From: Eledone cirrhosa
Lineage: Eukaryota
Assembly (NCBI GenBank): GCA_964016885.1
Contig: OZ024748.1
Coordinates: forward strand, 25,854,001-25,918,000
Direction of reading: 5' to 3'
Length of the DNA: 64,000 nucleotides
Shown here: positions 27,175 to 39,952 of the stretch, piece after piece
Layout: every line of letters begins with the position of its first letter
Numbering within the stretch: the first letter of the stretch is position 1
Program-made: the position numbers and the translations under genes
Notes under the pieces: generated by a model
Seen by the model: only the letters and a program-made list of their open reading frames with translations
The model's database searches: none
Told to the model about the DNA's origin: nothing

Positions 27175-27189
27175 GATACATCTATCTAT

Positions 27190-27716
27190 CTATCTTTCTA
27201 GGGCAGGTAAAATTCCTAAGATCCATGGATGAGTTCTCTCCAGCAGTCTCTGTCCCTCATCATCACCTCCATGTCCTGCGTCTCCCAGAGACCAGTGTCT
27301 GTCCTTAGGGCATCAATATGTCATCCTCAGTCTCCCTCTTCTAGTGTGTCCATGTAGGGGCTCCCACAGGACCACTGAGTGCAGTGTCAACTCTGAATGT
27401 CAGTGAGCATGTCCAGCTAACCGCAGTCTCCTCTGTGTTACTTTGAAGCTGACTTTTGGGAGGCTCCCTTACAGCTCTGAGTTCTTCATCCTCAGTGTAT
27501 ACTGATTAATGTTCAGAGCCATCCTCAGCATTCTTGTGTAACACCCATCCACCAGCTGAGTGAGTCTCTTAGTGACTTGGACATTGGTCCAAGTCTCAGA
27601 CCCGTACAGACTCCACTGTAGCGATGAAGAGACGGATCTTCAGGTTTTTACAAAGGTTCGACATCCACACCGACCTCAAACTGTGACATGCCACCCAGGC
27701 TTTGCTCTTCCTCTCC
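27190..27716 (-). mobile_element. RTE/RTE-X-like LINE 3' fragment (second family)
   Basis: Minus strand: DGCYTRMLRMALNI...LPKVSFKVTQRRLRLAGH...LWEPLHGH. Confidence 0.7.
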
Positions 27717-28713
27717 ATCACATCATCCTCTGTGATATATATATATACACACACACACACATATATTTATATATTGTAAATGTGGTTGGTGTTAGGAAAG
27801 GCATCCAGTTGTAAAATACCCGGTCAAATATACAGTCCTCGTCGGAGCAAGGTGTGGCCTGGCCAGACTTGCCTCCCGGCATGGACAACCCATCTAACCC
27901 ATGCAAGCATGTGATGTATATAAATATATATATATATAATGTGTATGTGTGTGTGTGTATATATGTATATATACACATACATGTATATATATATCTTTCA
28001 AACCTGATATGGAACTTAAAATGCAAGAATATAGACAATTCATTATCTTGGAAAACAGTTTCGAAAGCACCCGCGTACCGAAACACAGCTTTATCTAGAT
28101 TCTGTAAATTGTGTATTGAAGAAATTTTTTTTATATAATTAACTGTAAAAATTAATCTCAGAACAAATTTATTTAATTCTTGTAGATATCGCCAGAATTC
28201 AACATTCAGAACTATATATAACTTATAATTATTAATCTCCATAACAATCTCATCTACTTTATTTTTAATATATTGATATCTCTAAATCATATCTCTAATA
28301 TTTGCTGTACTTCCACTTTTTAAAAAAATTTTCTTATAATATATACGTATATAATTCTAATATTTAAATTTTTAATTTTTCTAATAATTTTTTTAATTTT
28401 TTAATTTTTTATTTTTTATTTTTTATTTTCTATTTTAATTTTTTATTTTTTTTATTTCTTTATTAAGTACAATGACACCCTCTAAAGCTATTATTTAAAT
28501 GTAGATAATAACCACTAACTGATTCTGGCTAAATGTATCTTAAGCATCCATACTGATTTTGACTAAATAGTCTCACACTAACGAATAAATAAAATCGGAG
28601 TTTATCTTTCCTTTTCAATCATATAAATATTATTACTTAACTCCGTTAATTTAATTTTAAATACATATTATTTACATAATATACCCATTTATTTATTTAT
28701 TTATTTATTTATT

Positions 28714-30582
28714 CATCATCGTTAACTGTTATAAGGGTAAAGGAGATGCCCTAGATAGGAGTAACTATAGAGGCATTAAATTAATCGACCAGGTCATGAA
28801 GGTCACGGAAAAAGTAATAGCGCAACTAATCAGAGAGAGAATTGATCTAGATGAAATGCAGTTCGGGTTTGTGTCAGGCAAAAGTACCACAGACGCTCTT
28901 TTCATTGTACGACAACTACAGGAGAAGTACCTAGCTAAAAGTAAACCCTTATACTTAGCTTTTGTCGACTTGGAGAAAGCCTTCGACAGAGTCCCTCGTT
29001 CCATTATCTGGTGGGCTCTTAGAAAACTAGGTGTTGACGAATGGCTTGTGAGAGCTATACAAGCCATGTATAAAGAAACAGTCAGCAAGGTTAGAATTAA
29101 CAACGAATATAGTGAAGAGTTTAGCGTAAAAGTTGGCGTCCATCAGGGCTCTGTTCTCAGCCCCCTACTATTTATTATTGCCCTTCATGCTATAACAGAG
29201 GAGTTCAAGACCGGTTGCCCATGGGAACTCCTATACGCAGATGACCTAACACTCATAGCTGAATCAATGGCCGAGCTAGAGAAGAAATTCCAAACATGGA
29301 AGCACGGCCTAGAATCAAAAGGCCTTAAAATTAACCTGGCTAAGACTAAAGTTCTAGTTTGTAAGAAAGAAAATAAGGCGGCGGTCCCTTCCGGGAAGTG
29401 GCCATGCTCAGTGTGTAGGAAAGGCGTAGGTAGAAACTCCATTTTGTGTCCCAAATGCAAAGTATGGGTGCATAAAAGATGTAGTGGGATCACAGGTAAG
29501 CTAACTAAGAACATAGATTTTACATGTGGCCGGTGCTCTGGTGCAATAAGTAGCAGCAAGTGCCCACAAAATACTAGCTCTTTCAACTGCGCAGAGGGTT
29601 CTATAGAAATAATGGACAGCTTCCGTTACCTGGGTGACAAAATCAGCAGTGGGGGAGGGTGCTCTGAAAGTACAGTAGCTAGAGTCAGAACTGGATAGAA
29701 AAAGTTCAGAGAGCTTATACCACTATTAGCCGCTAAAGGGTTCTCCCTAAAAATGAAAGGCAGGTTGTACGATGCCTGCATACGAACAGCAATGTTGCAT
29801 GGCAATGAGACCTGGGCATTGTGTGCAGAGGATATACGCAGACTAGAGAGAAACGAAGCTTGCATGCTCCGCTGGATGTGTAATAGTAATATACGTGAAC
29901 GGCAAAGCATAAACGAACTAAGGAAAAAATTAGAAATAAGAGGGATCAGATGTTGTTTACTCGAGAGAAGGCTATGTTGGTATGGTCACGTGATGCGCAT
30001 GAAGGATGATAGCTGTATAACAAAGTGCAGAGCAATAAAGATAGACGGTAGCCACGGAATAGGCAGACTCAGAAAAACCTGGGACGAGCTGATAAATTCC
30101 GACCTCACACACTTACACCTCACCAAGACAATGTCACTGGACCGAGACCTTTGACGGTACTCAGTAATAGAGAAGACCCGCCCTTACCTAAATACAAAGT
30201 AAAACCTACTACAGTCAGTAGGCATCTCTAACAAAATACACCCCCGTCCCACCACCTCCACCCCATCCACACCGCCCCTTTCAATGTAAAGTTATGTTGG
30301 TGCCACAACATCCAGGCCGAAACAAATGAGATCGTGTAGGTGTCACGTCAAAAAAACACACGGTTCACGCTGTAATGTGGCCGTGTAGGCAACACGGTAA
30401 AAACCTCCCAGCCCCACACTGTAAATGTGGTTGGTGTTAGGAAGGGCATCCAGCTGTGGAAAACCCGCCAGATAGTCCTATGCGAGCAAGATAATCACTC
30501 TTGCCTCAAGTGGGAAAACCCCCGTCCAAACCCATGCAAGCGTGGAACACGGACGTTAAACGATGATGATGATGATGATGAT
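28714..30582 (+). mobile_element. 5'-truncated RTE-clade LINE (RT + Cys-rich insert + 3' UTR), inactivated
   Basis: NYRGI, QFGF, FVDLEKAFDRVPR, HQGSVLSP, LYADD; premature stops at 29696 and 30152, both at Trp positions; (GAT)n tail. Confidence 0.95.
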
Positions 30583-31086
30583 TTATCTACTTAAAACAAT
30601 TAAAACGTCCCTCGTAACGCATATTATAAACAAATTATAAACAACTAATAATTGTAAATTACCTTTTTAATATAAATACACATACTATTAAAATATATAC
30701 TTACATATATCCATAGATAACTGTTCGAATATATTTCCCTCAAATTAACGTTATATGAGCTTTTCATTTATCTTTGCTTTTTTCCTTCTTCTCTCTCTCT
30801 CTCTTACTATTTTTTCCTTCTCTTCTCTCTCTCTCTTACTATTTTTTCCTTCTCTTCTCTCTCTCTTACTATTTTTTCCTTCTACTCTCTCTTACTATTA
30901 TATATTATATATCTAAACTCTCCATAGTCGTTTACATTAACGGTTGTTTTTCAATTATTTACATATTCATTTGCATATTCACCCATAAGTTTGAAAAATC
31001 CATTATACATTTCCACTATCCAGGGAATATTCAACTGATAAGGTATGATTTTCCTGGGTATGTCTCTATTTATAAAACAAACTTTG

Positions 31087-31149
31087 TATTTTATCTGAAG
31101 AAAGCGTACCAAAGTGTTTTGGTGCCCTTGAAATATATATAATAAAATA
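31087..31149 (+). ncRNA. Minimal type I hammerhead ribozyme, Penelope-type
   Basis: UAUUUUAU-CUGAAGA-[AAG.GUACCAAA/UUUGGUGC.CUU]-GAAA-U(AUAU)A-UA-AUAAAAUA; short palindromic stem III. Confidence 0.8.
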
Positions 31150-31189
31150 AATATGGTTTTATAAATATAGTTTCCATTTATTTAATATC

Positions 31190-31410
31190 ATTCATTTTCA
31201 TTTTCATTTTACGTCCACTTTTCCCTGCTTGCAAGGGTGGGACGGGAACTGATTCTGGCTTGATTTCTACAGCTGGATGCCCTTCCTAACACCAACCTCA
31301 TTTACAGTGAGTGCTGGGTGCTTTTTTGGCGTGGCACCTCCACGACCACTTTGCAGTGGAATGATAGGGGCCCAAGTCCCTATCATCTCATTTCTACAGC
31401 TGAGTAAACT
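31190..31410 (-). mobile_element. Truncated SINE with RTE-type 3' tail
   Basis: Matches 39745-39952 in reverse complement. Confidence 0.75.
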
Positions 31411-31413
31411 GTT

Positions 31414-31738
<325 letters not shown>

Positions 31739-33341
31739 TCATCATCATCATCATCATCACCGTTTTACGTCCGTTCTTCCACGCTAGCATGGGTTAGACG
31801 GGTTGTCCTGTTGTGGGCAGTGTCTGGTCGGCTGACCATGCCTTGCTCATACAGGAACTGATCTGGCTTGATTTCTACAGCTGGATGCCCTTCCTAACAC
31901 CAACCTCATTTACAGTGAGTGCTGGGTGCTTTTTCGTGGCGCCTACACGTCCACTTTACAGTGTGGGCTGGGTGCTTTTTTGCCGTGGCACCTCCACGAC
32001 CACCTTGCGGTGGGGGGGGGGGCATATTGTTTATATGCTTCAGCATGTACCCATGGGAGGTCGGGTACCCTGTATTACTGCGTGACGCCAGAAGTCACGG
32101 TCGTGTGTCATTGACTTTGAGAGGTGTAGTTGGGTAAGGTCGGCTTTTATCACCTCATCCCAAGTCATCTTGGGTCTCCCCACTCCGCGGTTTCCATCAA
32201 CTTCTAGTGCTCTGCACCTTTTTATGCAGCTGTCATCCTTCATACGCATCACATGTCCATACCAGCGTAACCGCCTCTCCTGCACGCAGCATTTGATTCC
32301 TCTTATGCTCAGTCTCTCTCTCAATTCATTTATGCTTTGTCGTTCACGTATATTACTGTTACACATCCATCGGAGCATGCAGGCTTCGTTTCTCTCTAAT
32401 CTACGTAAGTCTTCCACCTTCAGCGCCCAGGTCTCACTACCATGCAACATCGCTGTTCGGATACACGCATCATACAGTCTGCCTTTCATTCTGAGGGAGA
32501 AGCCTTTTGCAGCTAGCAGTGGTAGTAGTTCCCTAAACTTCTTCCATCCCGTTCTTACCCTAGTTATTGTACTTTCTGAGCACCCACCTCCGTTGCTAAT
32601 TCGGTCACCTAGGTAGCAGAAGCTGTCTACTGTTTCTACAGGGCCCTCCCAGAGATTGGTGGTACTTGTTTCCTGTGGCTGTTTGCTTGCTGTTTCAGCA
32701 CAGCTGCTGCATGTGAATCCTACATTCTTAATTAAGCTTCCTGAGATCCCGCTACATCTCTTGTGTACCCATTGTTTGCATTTGGGGCAAAGAATGGAGT
32801 TCCTACCTACACCTTTCCTACATACTGAGCAAGGCCATTTCCCTGAGGGGATCTGGGTTCTGTTTTCTCGTCTACTTATAAGGACCTTAGTCTTTGTCAT
32901 GTTGACTTTGAGGCCCTTTCTCTCTAGTCCCTGCTTCCAGGTTTGGAATTTATTCTCTAGTTCTACCATAGATTCAGCTATGAGTGCGAGGTCATCAGCA
33001 TACAGGAGTTCCCATGGGCATCCGGTCTTAAACTCCTCCGTTATTGCCTGCAGGACTATGATGAACAGGAGAGGGCTAAGAACAGAGCCCTGGTGGACCC
33101 CAACCTGTACGCTAAATTCCTCGCTATACTCATTGCCAATCCTAACTTTGCTGACTGCTCCCCTATACATGGCTTGTACCGCTTTCACAAGCCATTCATC
33201 TACTCCTAGTTTTCTAAGAGCCCACCAGATTACTGCACGTGGAACTCTGTCAAAGGCTTTCTCAAGGTCGACAAATGCCAAGTAGAGTGGCTTACTTTTA
33301 GCTAGGTACTTTTCCTGTAATTGCCTCACAAGGAAGAGCGC
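31739..33341 (-). mobile_element. 5'-truncated RTE-clade LINE with uninterrupted 433-codon RT/C-terminal frame
   Basis: [11 protein letters not shown]...YADD...KWPCSVC...RLRWYGHVMR...GRPKMTW with no stops to 32040; 3' UTR and (GAT)n at 31739. Confidence 0.95.
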
Positions 33342-33487
33342 ATATATATATATATACACATATATATATATATATATATATATACAAATATATATATATA
33401 TATATACACATATATATATATATATATACACATACATATACATATATATATATATACATACATACATATACATATATATATACACAT

Positions 33488-35030
33488 AGCTCTATACGAA
33501 ATCAAGGAATACGTAACCGGGGGACTAAAACACAAGCACACACACACAGTACTACCAGACATACTAATAATAGAAGATCACCACCAAATAAATCACGTTG
33601 TAGAAAGTATATCTGGTACAATCCTATTTTTAATGCCTCGATTAGTACAAAACTATCTCTTTCATTCTTTAAATTAATCAACAAATATTTCCCTAGTTCC
33701 CATAAATACAGCAAAATTCTGAACTCTAAAACTATTAGACTATCATACTCCACGGCACCAAACCTTGAAGCATACATAAAAAAACTTAACTTAAGGCAAT
33801 TAAACAACTCTACAAAACAAAACATTTTAGTAACAGATGGGCAGAACGCAATATCTGCCTCCCAACAACTAAATGGGAGACGGGTATTACACAACCCACC
33901 TGTACCGCTATCACAACCTATCCATGGTGTACCCACTACCCACAACAAAGAATATAACTGCCATCTACCTGAAAGATGTCCATTGAAGAATGAATGCCTA
34001 AAGTCCAACACTGTTTACCAATGCACAGTTGAATTGAACGACCAGAAATGGTATTATATCGGATCTACCACCACATCGTTTAAATCTCGCTGGTACCGTC
34101 ATCGATTCTCAATCAAGCATCCAAATCACTGTTTTGTGACCACGCTCGCCAACAAGACCTGGCAACTCCGTGAACACAACCAACAGTTCACCTTAAAATG
34201 GGATATACTTTCTAGCGCAAGTGCATATCGGAGTGGATTGAAGTACTGCAGGTTATGTAACCTTGAGCTATTTTACATATTAAAATGCAAAAACAAACTA
34301 CTTAACGATAGAATTGAACGATCATTATACTGCAACCACAAACTAAAAGCTAAATTCTCTCACTATAAAATAACTTAACATTCGAACCCGTAACTATAAC
34401 ACCACTTTCTAGCTAACAACCTTTTCTTCCCCCCACACTACAAGACAATACACTGCTTATCACTATACATGGTAACTCAGTGCAATTCCTAGATTACTAC
34501 TACAAACCCAAAGTTCACTCACCACACATACTTTGTCTCTCCCTTCTCTACCTATCTCTCTCTACATCCATTACACTCTCTCTCTCTCACCTTTGACCTA
34601 CCTCCCTCTCAACATCTATGAACCTGCCCTCTGGGGCAATAAATAATTCCGACCTTAACTATCAACGCATCTCTCCAAAAGTAACCAGTATAATAAAACC
34701 CCTACCATAACATTTTGATTAAGATATCTACAAGCCACTCTCTCCTACTTCTCCAACCCCTGCATATCTTTCTTTCTCTCTCCCTCTTCCCTACCTTTCT
34801 CTCTTCCTGTTCTACTCTATCTTCCCCAACAACCCCACTTAAGGGTATTTACATTGTACATTTACCATTCTGCTCTGAGGAAACAGTGGTCACAGCATTG
34901 GATATTCGAGTTCTGCAAGTACTTGTGAATTTGCACGTAGCGTAACTAGGCTGCAGTACCACCGTGGAAACACTTGTAAGCACACGGAATAAATTACCTT
35001 TTATGATGTCTACCTGTTATTATTCATTCT
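33488..35030 (+). mobile_element. 5'-truncated Penelope-like retroelement (thumb + linker + GIY-YIG + pLTR region)
   Basis: Stop-free frame ~33488-34378: IWYNPIF...[23 protein letters not shown]...CPLKNEC..TVYQC...YIGST..FKSR...CRLC; hammerhead and AATAAA downstream. Confidence 0.9.
34871..34982 (+). ncRNA. Type I hammerhead-like motif with an extended stem II
   Basis: UGCU-CUGAGGA-[ACAGUGGU..CAGC / GCUG..ACCACCGU]-GAAA-C(ACUU)G-UA-AGCA. Confidence 0.65.
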
Positions 35031-35044
35031 TTATATATATATAC

Positions 35045-35115
<71 letters not shown>

Positions 35116-35120
35116 CATAC

Positions 35121-35161
<41 letters not shown>

Positions 35162-35164
<3 letters not shown>

Positions 35165-35507
35165 TGCTGAGATGCTGAAGGCATCAGGGGACGTAGGCAC
35201 TAAACTTGTTGTACACATCATCAATCAGGCTATATATGGTGGTGTCATACCCAAAGACTGGTGCAGCAGTATTCTCATAAATTGCTACAAAGGTAAAGGG
35301 GGATGCTCTGGAGAGGAGCAATTATAGGGGCATAAAACTGATGGATCAGGTTATGGAAGTGGCAGAAAGGATATTAGTGCAACTAATTAGAGAAAGGGTC
35401 AAAGTAGATGAGATGCAGTTTGGTTTTGTGCTTGGGAAACGTACAACAGATGCCCTCTTCTTAGTGAGACAATTACAAGAGAGGTTCTTAGAGAAGAATA
35501 AGCCACT
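35162..35507 (+). mobile_element. Internal RTE LINE fragment (RT N-terminus)
   Basis: AEMLKASG...IPKDW.SSILINCYKGKG...[21 protein letters not shown]. Confidence 0.85.
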
Positions 35508-35509
35508 AA

Positions 35510-36332
35510 TCAAATCATCGGAATAACTGGTTAAAATTATACATGGCGTTTGTAATATACTAGGATAATTCAAATCACAACGTCAGTAATAAAGAAAGAA
35601 AAAGAAAGAGAGAAAAAGAAAAAAGAAATAATAATAAATAAGTTAGAATGAAGATGATAAAAAATAATTTAAAAAATATGTGTGAAAAAAAAGTGATCAT
35701 AATATGATTGTTGAAAATAGTTGTGATGGTAGTGGTTAAAGTTATAGTGATGCGTAAGTTTAAAGATGTGATGGTATAAATATGAAAATATTAAATATAT
35801 ACAAATGTATTGGTTAAATTACAGAGGGTTATATTATGAAGAAATAATACAGTGATAAATAAAGGATAAATTAATAAATTGGAAGTTATGTGAGAGGTGA
35901 AGAGAACATTATAGGATATAATGGAAGAGGTGAAATAGTTTTAGGGAAAGAGAATGAAAGAAAGAAAGGTTAGGAGATTATGATGTTGATTTAGTGATTA
36001 GTTGATCTATTGACAGTTAATAATAATGGGTTATTATAATAGACTCTAAGTGGTTCAGTTTGAATTATAGGATTGTTGTGTCGAATCATGTTGGTTTGAA
36101 ATTTGCGAATTTAGTAGCTGCTCTATGCCTACAGAAAATTGACTGTTCTATTTTGCTGTTAAGCAGCATTTTGTCATACTTTAAAATATGGAGCAGCTCC
36201 ATATTGCAAAGTCCACAGTGGGACATTCCATTTCTGTAGGCCTTTGCCTCCAACAATTTCGACCAGCTAATCCTGTATTCTTGGTTTGTATCCTTAAGCT
36301 GCCAGATTTTATTGGCAAGCGTTGTTGTGTTC
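35510..36332 (-). mobile_element. Penelope-like element 3' fragment (GIY-YIG C-terminus)
   Basis: [11 protein letters not shown]...ISWSKL..AKAY...CGLCNMEL...LLNSK.E...CRH, homologous to the 33983 ORF. Confidence 0.8.
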
Positions 36333-36415
36333 ATATATATATATGTATACATACATATATATATATATACATACATATATATATATATATATACATACAT
36401 ATATACATACATACA

Positions 36416-36451
<36 letters not shown>

Positions 36452-36456
36452 TATAA

Positions 36457-36872
36457 TGACACTGGACCGAGATATCTGGTGTTATGCAGTAATACAGACC
36501 TGCCTGCCAATGTCTACAGGCTGTAGCATACATATAGTATGCACCCCCACTTTTCCATACATCTCCCATGGGGACAGGCTGAAGCATACATTTAGTGAAG
36601 CCTCCAGCCCACACTGTAAAGTGGTTGTGTGGGAGTCATGACAAAAAGCCTCCAGCCCACACTGTAAAGTGGTTGTGTGGGAGTCATGACAAAAAGCATC
36701 CGGCACACACTGTAAAGTGGTTGTGTGGGAGTCATGACAAAAAGCATCCGACATACACTGTAAAGTGGTTGTGTGGGAGTCATGACAAAAAGCATCCGAC
36801 ATACACTGTAAAGTGGTTGTGTGGGAGTCATGACAAAAAGCATCCGGCATACACTGTAAAGTGGTTGTGTTT
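36457..36872 (+). mobile_element. RTE 3' end with a 51-bp tandem expansion (~5 copies, 36598-36870)
   Basis: [14 protein letters not shown] tail, then repeats of cacactgtaaagtggttgtgtgggagtcatgacaaaaagc. Confidence 0.85.
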
Positions 36873-37081
36873 ACCAGCTTTGCCCAGGTAAACAGATGAT
36901 GAGAGAAGACTGGTAGAAGAGAAAATGACTGTTTTGGATGTTTGTCTGGTTTATAGTATGAGGTGAAACCCTGGTGTATGTGTGTATGTGACAAAAAAAA
37001 AATAAGCAGTAAAAAATCTTCCAGATACACCAGATTCTTTGTTTTACTGCATAGTATATGAAGATTTCTAGATGGTCCCAT

Positions 37082-37410
37082 TCATGAACAACCTACATAT
37101 TGTCTATGGGTAAAAAGCGATTCTCTTGTATTCAAATCTTCAACTTTGAAACTCTGAGCCTGAACTTTATGTACACTCATGGCAGAACTGGTTCTAACAG
37201 GAAACTGAAGTCTTGAGAATTTGAATGGCAGCTCAGTAAAGGAAGAGATAAGAGGAATCCTAGGAATAAATGCATTTTCTCTTTGGTGATTGCTTCCAAG
37301 AATAGTGACCTCTAGGAGATGGTTCATCATCCACCTGGCTGTAAAGTGTGTGTCATTGCATAGATGTAGCAGGTCCACGTTTCTCAAAAGGATGATGGAA
37401 GTTCCAATAT
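37082..37410 (-). mobile_element. Helitron PIF1-type helicase fragment (pseudogenised)
   Basis: LRN....LCN.T...FIPRIPL....LPFKFSRLQFPVR...AMSVHK.Q.QS...LFTH.Q.YVGCS. Confidence 0.85.
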
Positions 37411-38592
37411 TTTATATTATATGTAGATAATTATATAGATATAGGTAATTGTATATAAATGTGTGTGTGTAATGTGTGCATGCATGCGTGAGTGTGTATA
37501 AAGCAGTGTTTGAATCGGAGACACTGGCTGTGAAACACAAGCATCACTAACAACAAACGTGCAGAGAGAATCCCTTATGGTTGATTCCCAGCCTGCTAAA
37601 AATAGCAGCCAGTTTGGTTAGTATAGCCAGGATGTTTTTCTTCTTTGATGTTATAAAATTAGAATTGATTGTAATTGGTTAAGCTGTTAGGGAATGCATA
37701 AGGAAAAGACAGACAGACAGAAGGACAAAGAATTTTATATATGTATATACATGCATGCATGCACACATACACATATATATTGCATTAATTAAATCTACTA
37801 TGTTAAGCAGTGCAAATAATATTAGGAACAGCTGGAGCGAGGCTATTCTGCAGAATCAGCCAGCCCATGCCAATATGGTAAAGTAGATGTGAAACTGTCT
37901 GATGAATGATCAATATAATCTATACAAAAATGAGGTTCATTCCAATTAATGGTTTTGGCACATGACTTTAAACCAGCTGAATTGGAGAGAGAAAAAAAAA
38001 CAGAAAGTATATGAAATGGTGAGAAGAGGCTGGAAAGAGAAAGAGTGAAATTAAAATACAATAGCTGTCTAACAATCTAAATATAAAATATGTAGTTGAG
38101 TAAGAGGAAGTCTTCACTGCTGGCCTATATTTCTCTGGTTTAGAGAGTAGAAGAGAGGTAATGATGTGGACATTGTCTTTGAGGAAGATAGCATTGGATA
38201 GTATTAGCTCCGGTTTAGAGAGTAGACAGATGAAAGACTGTTGTCTTGAAGCAATTATATTGCAACCACCTCCACCATTGTCTCCTTACTGTATTTTCTT
38301 GCTCTCTCTCTCATTCTCCCCTCTCATGCTTTGTCAGGCTCTCTCTCTCCCACTCTCATGCTTTGTCAGGCTCTCTCTCCCACTCTCATGCTTTGTCAGG
38401 CTCTCTCTCCCACTCTCTTTCTTTCATGCTCTGTCGGTTTCTCCCTCTCCCTCCATCTCTTTCATGCTGTCCGTCTCTCTCCTACATTTCCATCACTATT
38501 TTTCTCACCCTTTTAACCAAATTGCACTTAGCAGAGTGCCCACATTGAAATAAGACTGAGACTAACATAAGACTAAAGAGACAGCTGTGAAT

Positions 38593-39186
38593 GTAGAACT
38601 ATAAGGAATACAGCCAGTCCACTTTATAGTGGAAGGTTGGACAGGAGAGACAGTAGAGCTATAAGGAATAGAGCCAGTCCACTTTATGGTGGTAGGTTGG
38701 ACAGGAGAGACAGTAGAGCTATAAGGAATACAGCCAGTCCACTTTATAGTGGAAGGTTGGACAGGAGAGACAGTAGATCTATAAGGAATACAGCCAGTCC
38801 ACTTTATGGTGGTAGGTTGGACAGGAGAGACAGTAGAGCTATAAGGAATACAGCCAGTCCACTTTATGGTGGTAGGTTGGACAGGAGAGACAGTAGAGCT
38901 ATAAGGAATACAGCCAGTCCACTTTATGGAGGTAGGTTGGACAGGAGAGACAGTAGAGCTATAAGGAATAGAGCCAGTCCACTTTATAGTGGTAGGTTGG
39001 ACAGGAGAGACAGTAGAGCTATAAGGAATACAGCCAGTCCACTTTATAGTGGAAGGTTGGACAGGAGAGACAGTAGAGCTATAAGGAATAGAGCCAGTCC
39101 ACTTTATGGAGGTAGGTTGGACAGGAGAGACAGTAGAGCTATAAGGAATAGAGCCAGTCCACTTTATGGTGGTACGTTGGACAAGA
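38593..39186. repeat. 60-bp tandem repeat, ~10 copies
   Basis: Unit ctataaggaatacagccagtccactttatggtggtaggttggacaggagagacagtagag. Confidence 0.97.
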
Positions 39187-39359
39187 GCAATCTGTCATAT
39201 ACATGTATGAATTCACTTCATCTGATGTCTTAGATACCTGTTACTCAACCCCAAACTATTTATATTATACACAAACACATATTAAAATTGAAATTTCAGA
39301 ATTTTACCACCTATTTAAATTCTTTGACTTGCTATCCGATTTTTCTTTGGCAATGCATC

Positions 39360-39411
<52 letters not shown>

Positions 39412-39491
39412 TATATAACAAAGGAAATGTAAGGAACCAGATGGACCATAACGCACCAAAGTACTCAATACTTGGGTAGTAGAGTGGGTAA

Positions 39492-39634
39492 TAGGAACAA
39501 GTAGGACCCCAACGGCTAACCTCAAGCCGTTTCGACGGTAATTCTGGACTAAAAAAAAAAAAAAAATTTTTTTTTTAGTCCCGAATTAGCTGTCGAAACG
39601 GCCTGAGGTTAGCCGTCGGGGACCTACTTGTTCC

Positions 39635-39636
<2 letters not shown>
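39492..39636. repeat. Near-perfect palindrome (~70-bp arms meeting at an A16/T10 junction)
   Basis: taggaacaagtagg...ggactaaaa is the reverse complement of ttttagtcc...cctacttgttccta with ~6 differences. Confidence 0.92.
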
Positions 39637-39665
<29 letters not shown>

Positions 39666-39668
<3 letters not shown>

Positions 39669-39952
39669 AAGGTTGTGAGTTCAATTCTCAGACCGGGTGA
39701 TGTGTTGTTTCCTTGAACAAGACACTTTATTTCACATTGCTCCAGTTTACTCAGCTGTAGAAATGAGATGATAGGGACTGGGGTCCCTATCATTCCACTG
39801 CAAAGTGGTCGTGGAGGTGCCACGGCAAAAAAGCACCCAGCACTCACTGTAAATGAGGTTAGTGTTAGGAAGGGCATCCAGCTGTAGAAATCAAGCCAAA
39901 ATCAGTTCCTGTCCCACCCTTGCAAGCAGGGAAAAAGCGGACATAAAATGAA
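39666..39952 (+). mobile_element. tRNA-derived SINE (head truncated) with RTE-type tail
   Basis: B box gagttcaattc, ccttgaacaagacactt central motif, aggaagggcatccagctgtagaaa tail. Confidence 0.8.

Larger units (their letters stand above)
27993..31165 (+). mobile_element. Penelope-like element 3' portion, interrupted by an RTE LINE
   Basis: LSNLIWNLK...SWKTVSKAPAY...CKLCIEE (GIY-YIG C-terminus) at 27993-28240, AT-rich trailer, hammerhead at 31087. Confidence 0.65.

Noticed and set aside
37893-37950. CTGATGA as another hammerhead
   Set aside because: No correctly placed GAAA/UH or stem I; likewise the tcatcag hits at ~25463 and ~32992 are RT YADD codons
38637-39233. 198-aa repeat ORF (DRRDSRAIRNTASPLYGGRL)n
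   Set aside because: By-product of a 60-bp tandem repeat whose length is a multiple of 3; no ATG or splice support
39577-39636. Complete hammerhead in the palindrome arm
   Set aside because: GAAA, stem III and UC are present but there is no CUGANGA in any permutation
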